DNA of 64,000 nucleotides. It comes from a virus (taxonomy: Duplodnaviria > Heunggongvirae > Uroviricota > Caudoviricetes). Below, one piece after another: positions 57,779-64,000 of the stretch. The notes under the pieces were generated by a model. That model was not told where the DNA came from and did no database searches. It saw only the letters and a list, made by a program, of their open reading frames with translations. The stretch covers positions 1-64,000 of IMG/VR virus record IMGVR_UViG_2879469214_000003, one strand, 5' to 3'. The translations under genes and the position numbers were made by a program. Every line of letters begins with the position of its first letter. The stretch's first letter is position 1.

Positions 57779-59044
57779 CTACTCCTGAATTGTAAGTGCG
57801 TATTGAGAAGTATTGCTATGTACCTCAAGCTTCTCTACTAACTGTACAGCATAACCCACAAACTCTATAAAATTGCCATCATCTAGTTTAAATGAACCAA
57901 TTATATTTTTTATGGTCTCTTTTTGCTCAGATGAAAGTTCATCTATAATGAGGAGTATCCTTAATGATTTACGAAAAGCATCAATAAGCAACTTCTCAAA
58001 CGTGCGATCATGACTTCTTTCTGGCATATCAGGATTGTAGCTCACCAACCACTGTCTCACCTTGCTCAGTTCGTTCTTTTCTACAAAATTTAGAATCTTC
58101 AATACCCATTCATTAATGTTTTCATCCCGTATCTTAATGTCAGTTACGATACTAAAGGCTGAAGCAAATCTGATTAATTGGGGTATAATATGCCCATTTA
58201 AATGAGTGAATTTTTGTACAGATCTTTGCTTGTTAGACCCGTAACACTCGTACTCTAATATATCAATTTGAATGGGATTCTTTTTACTATGATTAAACTT
58301 AATTAGTAATCCGTCTGGTATTCCACTTACTCCATCCACTTTATTATCATTGGCATCTTTATTGGAGGTCTTGAATACTCTATTAGCTGGTATCAGTATC
58401 GTGTCCTTTACAGGATACTCCTCGCTAAACAGCCTGTGAAAATTTTTATTTACTAATGTTTCAAGACCCCTAACTTTATGGGTTTCGTTGATAAAATCCA
58501 CTTTTCTAAAAGTCCCTGTAATATCTATACTATCAACATCTGTCGGATTTGCTGGATTTTCACTTTTCGACAAGTGACCCATACCTACTTGATCAGTCTC
58601 TAAGAAATACACTAACTCATCTGATTTATTAACAATAAAGGTTTCGTGTAAAACTTTTAAAGCTTCAGGATCTTTGATTGGCTTTGGAAGTTGAGTGAAT
58701 CTTTGAGACCAGTTCTCAAACGAGGACAGTACCTTCAGCGAAAAGGGTTCACAAAACTGCAAATCAATTATCTTATACCAATAAGAGTATTCTCTTGCTT
58801 CGTCCCAAGGTGTAAAATCAATTGACTTCTCTACAATTCCTTTTGCACCACAGTATAATCCCTTTTTCTTGTCAAACTTCACAGAAAAGTAAACAGTTTC
58901 TCCTACTTGTGCAAACCTCTTTTTGAAACCAACAACTGAATTTTCTATGCACTTGTAGTAGTTATCAATTGATTCACCACAACTAAATATTCTTGCTGTC
59001 ATTAGGCATCTTTCCTTTATGTATGTTTTACTTATTAATTCCAC
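57779..59044 (-). CDS. candidate restriction-type nuclease with N-terminal PUA-like (EVE-like) domain, encoded downstream of the Dam methylase
   Basis: 421 aa. N-terminal about 130 aa has an EVE/PUA-like pattern (VVGFKKRF...GETVYFSV...GLYCGAKGIVEK). The central region has a possible nuclease signature (GIPDGLLIKF...IDILEYE...K). Confidence 0.35.
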   Translation of the reverse strand: MELISKTYIKERCLMTARIFSCGESIDNYYKCIENSVVGFKKRFAQVGETVYFSVKFDKKKGLYCGAKGIVEKSIDFTPWDEAREYSYWYKIIDLQFCEPFSLKVLSSFENWSQRFTQLPKPIKDPEALKVLHETFIVNKSDELVYFLETDQVGMGHLSKSENPANPTDVDSIDITGTFRKVDFINETHKVRGLETLVNKNFHRLFSEEYPVKDTILIPANRVFKTSNKDANDNKVDGVSGIPDGLLIKFNHSKKNPIQIDILEYECYGSNKQRSVQKFTHLNGHIIPQLIRFASAFSIVTDIKIRDENINEWVLKILNFVEKNELSKVRQWLVSYNPDMPERSHDRTFEKLLIDAFRKSLRILLIIDELSSEQKETIKNIIGSFKLDDGNFIEFVGYAVQLVEKLEVHSNTSQYALTIQE

Positions 59045-59100
59045 AAGGAAAATAATATCCCTTCTATTTTTGATGGCCTAATGACAGACACGAACTAGAA

Positions 59101-59880
59101 TCAACCTGTTACATCATAATTCGTAATAATCAACTCACTAAAATTTTGTCTGCCATTGTCGCTCTTGCAAACACTATAATAAACTTCATGATCCATGATA
59201 TTAAAATCTTTAAACAACTCTCTTATGTATTGATCATCATTAATAGTGTAGAGCCACTTACCTCTTGCTTTCTTGCAGCACTCAGCCAAATTATAAAACA
59301 TCTCATCTGTAAATTTGCCAGTTGCATATTGTTTTGTATTTCTGTAAGGACTGTCGAGATAGAAGAATGTATCTGGACTATCATAGATCTTAAAAATATC
59401 CTCAAAGCTCTTATTCTCAATCGTTACTTTTTTTATACGTTCATATGCTAGTCTGATATCTTCTTCGATTTGTTCCAGTCTAAGACGATTCCTATCTTTT
59501 CCAGTTCCAAAGATAGGATTTTTCATATCTGCCCCAAAGCCAGCCTTGACCATATAATAGAATGCTTTCGCTCTTTCAATTGAATCATCAAATGTGTTAT
59601 TTTTATATTTATTTTTGTAGTAGTCGAAACGTTCTCTGCTTACCAGCTCCCATTCAAAACTCTTGATGAATTCCTCATGAGCATTTTGAATAACTGACCA
59701 AAAATTCATAAGATTGCTGTCAAAGTCATTTAGAATCTCCCACTTACTTTTCTCCTTACTTAATAGCATGATGGCAGAGCCACCGAAAACTTCAACATAC
59801 CCTTTATGCTCTGGAAACAATGGCATCAATTTGCTTACCAATTTACTTTTACCGCCTACCCATTTTAGTGGACTTTTCAT
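59101..59880 (-). CDS. Dam-family DNA adenine-N6 methyltransferase
   Basis: 259 aa. N-terminal KWVGGKSKL..FGGSAIMLL (Dam motifs). C-terminal DSPY-type motif (YLDSPY). Confidence 0.85.
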   Translation of the reverse strand: MKSPLKWVGGKSKLVSKLMPLFPEHKGYVEVFGGSAIMLLSKEKSKWEILNDFDSNLMNFWSVIQNAHEEFIKSFEWELVSRERFDYYKNKYKNNTFDDSIERAKAFYYMVKAGFGADMKNPIFGTGKDRNRLRLEQIEEDIRLAYERIKKVTIENKSFEDIFKIYDSPDTFFYLDSPYRNTKQYATGKFTDEMFYNLAECCKKARGKWLYTINDDQYIRELFKDFNIMDHEVYYSVCKSDNGRQNFSELIITNYDVTG

Positions 59881-59935
59881 ATATTTTCTCCATTCAATAA
59901 TTTTAATGTTTGTGAAATTGCGATTTTACATAAAC

Positions 59936-60313
59936 CTATGTATTTAAGATTTGACGAATACTTTCTAATTTCTGAGCGTTTCTTGCTTCAATTGCTGTAG
60001 TATTCAATGTTGCATGCCCATATCCTCCCAAGTCATTTCCTGCTCTGAACTTATTTCCTTCGTCATCTTCACATTGCATCTGGAACCCCTTAAATTCAAC
60101 TGACTCAATACTATACCAACTGTGCTGATCATCAAATAGCTCCGTCCACTGTTTAAGTTCATAACATTTGAGATAAGACTCAATGTCCTCACCACATGAC
60201 ACCTTAACGTATGTTGTCTCGTCCCAGTCTTCTCCGAACACATCAAACACCAAGTACGAATTAATCTTACTAAACTTAATTGAATTTTCTTTATTCAATT
60301 TTATCCCTCCCAT
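59936..60313 (-). CDS. hypothetical acidic protein
   Basis: 125 aa ORF. Same operon as the dam gene. Confidence 0.35.
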   Translation of the reverse strand: MGGIKLNKENSIKFSKINSYLVFDVFGEDWDETTYVKVSCGEDIESYLKCYELKQWTELFDDQHSWYSIESVEFKGFQMQCEDDEGNKFRAGNDLGGYGHATLNTTAIEARNAQKLESIRQILNT

Positions 60314-60343
60314 TTCTCATATTTATATAAAATCACGATATGA

Positions 60344-61105
60344 TTAGAATTTATCTTTATTTTCATTTAATTCTTCATCAATTTCTCTTTTTCCCTTTCC
60401 AAGCAAAAGTAGAGCAGAAACTGTCTTTTCTACTTTTACTACTCTACGCAAATCTTCAGTGCTTAGGTAATCACGCAATGGTTCGTTCTTATCAATCCCA
60501 TAAATTTCTCTAAGTCCCTTTGCATTTATATCAAATAACAGTTTATACACCATGTCTGTAAGCACACTGTAAGCAATGCCTGTGCTCATGGAACCTGTGT
60601 AAAAATCTCTAATTGCATCAGTGAGTTGTCTCCGTTCTTGTCTTGCAATTTCTCTATTAACTGCCCATTGAATTTGTTCTTTTGATGATATCTCCTCAAC
60701 ATTGAGAAGGTAATGGCGAACTGATTTAGCAATTTCAGATTCAGTAAGTAACATTCCAATTCGGAGAAGTCCACGACGAGATATAAGCGTGAGTGATGGA
60801 GCAGTTTTTAGCTCAGGTTCAAGTTGAACCCGACCCTTAAAATCTGACAATGAAGTACCTTTAAGAATTCTTATCTCTCCATAGTCGTTAAATTCAGAGC
60901 GATTACGCTTTATGAGCGTTTTAATAGTCTCATGTGGTACTTCATAATAATTTGCTGCCATTTCAATGGTCACTTCAGTTGTTTCTGGTATTACAGTAAC
61001 AAGTTTAATCTTATCCATAACATTATCTTTAAAAACTAAATCATCACGCATTGTTTTGCTTTCGGTGAGAATAAGTTCGTTTCGTTCATTAAGATCTAAT
61101 TCCAA
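60344..61105 (-). CDS. ORF6N-domain antirepressor-like protein
   Basis: 253 aa. TIEMAANYYEVPHETIKTLIKRNRSEFNDYGEIRIL resembles the phage ORF6N / antirepressor N-terminal domain. Confidence 0.45.
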   Translation of the reverse strand: MELDLNERNELILTESKTMRDDLVFKDNVMDKIKLVTVIPETTEVTIEMAANYYEVPHETIKTLIKRNRSEFNDYGEIRILKGTSLSDFKGRVQLEPELKTAPSLTLISRRGLLRIGMLLTESEIAKSVRHYLLNVEEISSKEQIQWAVNREIARQERRQLTDAIRDFYTGSMSTGIAYSVLTDMVYKLLFDINAKGLREIYGIDKNEPLRDYLSTEDLRRVVKVEKTVSALLLLGKGKREIDEELNENKDKF

Positions 61106-61172
61106 TTGATTATCTAACTCCCTCTTAATATGACTATTTTTATCTAAATCAAATTCTCATTTCATAGTGAAT

Positions 61173-61838
61173 TTAATCTACAATCTCTAATCGAACCTTT
61201 TTGTTTAATGCGCTTGCTCTTCTAAGTAATCCATTAATCGGAATATTGCCTATTTCATAATCAATAAAGTATCCAAGCTCTTCGACTTTATGCCAATCTC
61301 CTTCAACAAATTCAACAAAGTGTTGGCTAAACTGTTCTAAGAAGTCATCAATTTCTTGATTATAATATGTAACTCGATAATTTCCTCCTTCTTGAGTAAC
61401 GTAATTAAAATCAAAGTAACTCCCATTCCCATGGTCATCATGATATCTGTCAAATTTAAACTCTTTGAGGTCATACTTCTCATGGACTCGTCTTAAAATT
61501 TCTTCTACTGTTTGCGTTGTATACTGAAAATGATTTGAAATTGATTCTATAGAGTTATGTTCACTTCCCCAATAACTGCTCTGATCACTTTCATCTTTAA
61601 ACATTAGATAACCATCAATAGTACACAGATCATTTTTTACAGTAATAACATAGTAATTTTCATTATCTAATTTTACTTCAATGCCATAATCTTCAGGGAT
61701 TGCCTTCTTAATAGCTTCAATAATATCTATTGTCATGCTTTCATTCTTCTGTTCAAATAGATAGTTCTCCTCAAAATACTTAATTGCTTCTTCTTTGCTT
61801 GAGAATGTCCTATTATCAATACCACTCACATAACCCAT
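61173..61838 (-). CDS. hypothetical protein
   Basis: 221 aa ORF. Confidence 0.4.
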   Translation of the reverse strand: MGYVSGIDNRTFSSKEEAIKYFEENYLFEQKNESMTIDIIEAIKKAIPEDYGIEVKLDNENYYVITVKNDLCTIDGYLMFKDESDQSSYWGSEHNSIESISNHFQYTTQTVEEILRRVHEKYDLKEFKFDRYHDDHGNGSYFDFNYVTQEGGNYRVTYYNQEIDDFLEQFSQHFVEFVEGDWHKVEELGYFIDYEIGNIPINGLLRRASALNKKVRLEIVD

Positions 61839-61865
61839 TTAATCACTCCAATATTATTTTATCGT

Positions 61866-62234
61866 CTAACAATACGATCCAATCTTGCGTCTAACCGTGA
61901 ATCCCTGTGCATCTAAATAATCGTTCAATTCGCGCGCGCTAATATTTCCATTAAATCTACTCTCAATATCTTCAATTAAAATATCTACTGCCTTATCTGG
62001 CCTCTTGAATGGCTCTGTTGGCTCTGAAATTAATATGTATTTTGTAACTCCACTGTCTAATTCTTTACTATGTATTTTATAACCACGTACATATAATTCT
62101 TGAATACGTGCATTGTATCTAAGTGCAATCTTGTTTAGTTCTACATTGGTAACACCAGACTCTCCTGCACGTCTCAGTGTGGTTACAATCTTATCTCTCT
62201 GCGTTTCTGTTCTCTCTTTTGTCTCTTTGTTCAT
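61866..62234 (-). CDS. hypothetical protein (possible winged-helix DNA-binding protein)
   Basis: 122 aa ORF. Confidence 0.35.
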   Translation of the reverse strand: MNKETKERTETQRDKIVTTLRRAGESGVTNVELNKIALRYNARIQELYVRGYKIHSKELDSGVTKYILISEPTEPFKRPDKAVDILIEDIESRFNGNISARELNDYLDAQGFTVRRKIGSYC

Positions 62235-62399
62235 TTATTCTCCTTTGTTAAACTCTTCTGCTAAAACATACATCTTGTTATCCGCTGGATCATAACCTGC
62301 AATAATCTTTACGCCTTCAGACTCTTCTATGCGCATAAGCAAAGTTTTACCATCTAAATCGTCCCATTTCACAACAGGAATATTTTTAAACCAATTCAT
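62235..62399 (-). CDS. small hypothetical protein (54 aa)
   Basis: Its stop overlaps the downstream ATG (GGAGAATAAATG). Not in the ORF track. Confidence 0.25.
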   Translation of the reverse strand: MNWFKNIPVVKWDDLDGKTLLMRIEESEGVKIIAGYDPADNKMYVLAEEFNKGE

Positions 62400-62565
62400 C
62401 TTGCTTATCCTTTACAGCCATATTGTTTTTAGCTTTAAAATAATCTTCTCCAGACACTTCTCTTGAGGTTGCTTTTCTACATCTCAAACATCTGCTTAAT
62501 GATTCTGATTCATAAATTTCACCATCACATCTAATACATGTATCACTCAATATCTTACGTCACCT
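62392..62565 (-). CDS. small zinc-ribbon protein (about 57 aa, TTG start)
   Basis: CIRCDG...CLRCRK. RBS GAAAGGTGA. Not in the ORF track. Confidence 0.2.
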
Positions 62566-62580
62566 TTCCTGATCAAAGTT

Positions 62581-62889
62581 TCATTTTATTTTGTTTTCTC
62601 TTTCTTTTACCTTAACGATAAAGTCTCCACGATTTAAAGGATCTTCAACACTTATTTCAACATCATATTTAGCACCTTTTGTTAAACTAAACGAATCTCT
62701 ACTATCTACAAAGTAATTTATTTTATATCCCTCACTATCTTTAAACTGCAAAATATCACCTCTGCTAGTCATAATCTGTTCCATATACTCCAGATTCCCA
62801 ACAGTTTTGCTTGTTCCACAGCCTGTAGCAATCAAAATTAACAGCAACATTGAAAAACCAGCGAATATTTTTTTCATAGTACCCCTCAC
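62581..62889 (-). CDS. lipoprotein
   Basis: 102 aa. Signal peptide with lipobox LIATGC. Confidence 0.5.
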   Translation of the reverse strand: MRGTMKKIFAGFSMLLLILIATGCGTSKTVGNLEYMEQIMTSRGDILQFKDSEGYKINYFVDSRDSFSLTKGAKYDVEISVEDPLNRGDFIVKVKERENKIK

Positions 62890-63068
62890 TATTCTAAATT
62901 TACTTTCCGTGGTCTACCCAAACAATGCTCACAATCAGACTCCTCACATTCGGGCTCTAACCATTCACCACAAATGCCACAATAATAGGAATCATATCCT
63001 TCGTGATAGCAAGTATATGTTATACCTTTCTCATTACATTTTTCACAACTCACTAATCTTCATCCCTT

Positions 63069-63299
63069 CTAGCTGTGCCAGTCTATATTCATAACATTAA
63101 CTTTTCCATTCATATCTTCATTTTGAAAGTAAACAAATCGGTGTTCATTGCCCCAAGGCATTTTTGAAAAATGTTGTTCAATCTTTTCTCTGTCAGTGAC
63201 GTGAACCATTTTTACTCTGAGTCCTTCTACTACTTCTTCGAAGATTGAGCAGTTACGTAGGACACTTCCACTCTTTAGCCCAATATCAACATTAAACAT
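63069..63299 (-). CDS. hypothetical protein
   Basis: 76 aa ORF. Confidence 0.3.
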   Translation of the reverse strand: MFNVDIGLKSGSVLRNCSIFEEVVEGLRVKMVHVTDREKIEQHFSKMPWGNEHRFVYFQNEDMNGKVNVMNIDWHS

Positions 63300-63477
63300 T
63301 TTGTGTCTCCTTAATTCGTGTTATTACGTCATTTAGATATGTATTCAAAAACAAGTCATCTCTAATATCTTCTGAATATTTGTATGGAACTTCGTTCTCA
63401 ATAAAATCTGATAACTTTTTATAGTCTTTGATTATATCGATGAGCTCATTTGCCAATTCTTGATTCATGTTTTTCAT
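63292..63477 (-). CDS. hypothetical protein
   Basis: 61 aa ORF. Confidence 0.3.
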   Translation of the reverse strand: MKNMNQELANELIDIIKDYKKLSDFIENEVPYKYSEDIRDDLFLNTYLNDVITRIKETQNV

Positions 63478-63515
63478 TCTCCCTTTCTAGATCAAATGCT
63501 GATTTTATTCAAATA

Positions 63516-63827
63516 TTATCGTTCCCAAGACTCTTTAACCCGTTCAATTTGAAGATTTTCTTCTTCTTTAATGTCAATGTCTAATCTTGCACATTTTTCA
63601 ACCTCAACATATTCCTGCTTAAACTCATATTTTCCATCGCAGCAAGGACAACGCAACCAAACCTTCTGACCATCATTATCAGAATCAAATAGATTTAGCG
63701 TTCCATTTTCGAGAATCTTATATTGAGTAGTCATTGTTTCTTCTACATATAAAATCAATTCAATATCTTCCCACTCATTCTCATGAAGATCAATACATTC
63801 TGGATCAGTACATTTAAGGTTTTCCAA
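63516..63827 (-). CDS. zinc-ribbon hypothetical protein
   Basis: 103 aa. CTDPEC...CPCCDG. Confidence 0.35.
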   Translation of the reverse strand: MENLKCTDPECIDLHENEWEDIELILYVEETMTTQYKILENGTLNLFDSDNDGQKVWLRCPCCDGKYEFKQEYVEVEKCARLDIDIKEEENLQIERVKESWER

Positions 63828-64000
63828 CTTTAACTTCTACCTCATTTCTCATTCAACTTAATCAATGAATCAAAATCAAACTCACTCAAAATCTTCAACA
63901 ATCTCTCTACTTTAGGAGCTCTTAGTGCTGTCATAGCATATGTATGTGCCTTACTTGTGTAATACTTTTTATTTAAATCAAGATGTCGTTTTGCTTCAGC

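Noticed and set aside
1-64000. CRISPR arrays, tRNA or rRNA genes, integron or transposon ends
   Set aside because: No regularly spaced direct repeats, no tRNA-like cloverleaf-capable GC-rich segments and no IS-type terminal inverted repeats were seen. The only mobile element is the prophage itself.

Overview
The window starts with a host locus (hflX, then the 3' part of a spoVK-like sporulation AAA+ ATPase gene). That gene is interrupted at about 1810-1850 by a large SPbeta-like prophage, which fills the rest of the 64 kb. The prophage is AT-rich and almost entirely on the minus strand. It encodes a large serine recombinase at the junction, a RecU-like nuclease, DNA pol III alpha, an intact SpoVK-like AAA+ paralog, an actin-like (ParM/Alp) protein with a small adaptor, a sigma factor, an XRE regulator and two metallophosphoesterases. 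Also present are a CPBP protease, DHFR, ThyA, AP2-MazG and AP2-HNH proteins, NrdI/NrdF/NrdE, an SPFH protein, a DHH/DHHA1 nuclease, a TOPRIM primase, a DnaB-like helicase and an ATP-dependent ligase. Further along are a nucleotidyltransferase-fold protein, UvrX with YolD, a DprA/SLOG protein, a Dam methyltransferase followed by a 421-aa protein, an ORF6N antirepressor-like protein and many small ORFs. Five plus-strand insertions, each with its own promoter and terminator, interrupt the minus-strand operons. They are a 4-TM membrane protein, an N-terminal SEC-C protein, a membrane-anchored coiled-coil protein, a secreted protein paired with a partner, and a 230-aa ORF of higher GC. A ~21-bp motif recurs 7 times directly against the -35 of sigmaA-like promoters and resembles the SPbeta repeated element. 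There is also an orphan strong plus-strand promoter with a structured terminator (candidate ~200-nt ncRNA) and three apparent homopolymer frameshifts. No rRNA, tRNA or CRISPR array was seen. All protein calls come from motif reading of the ORF translations, not from database searches.
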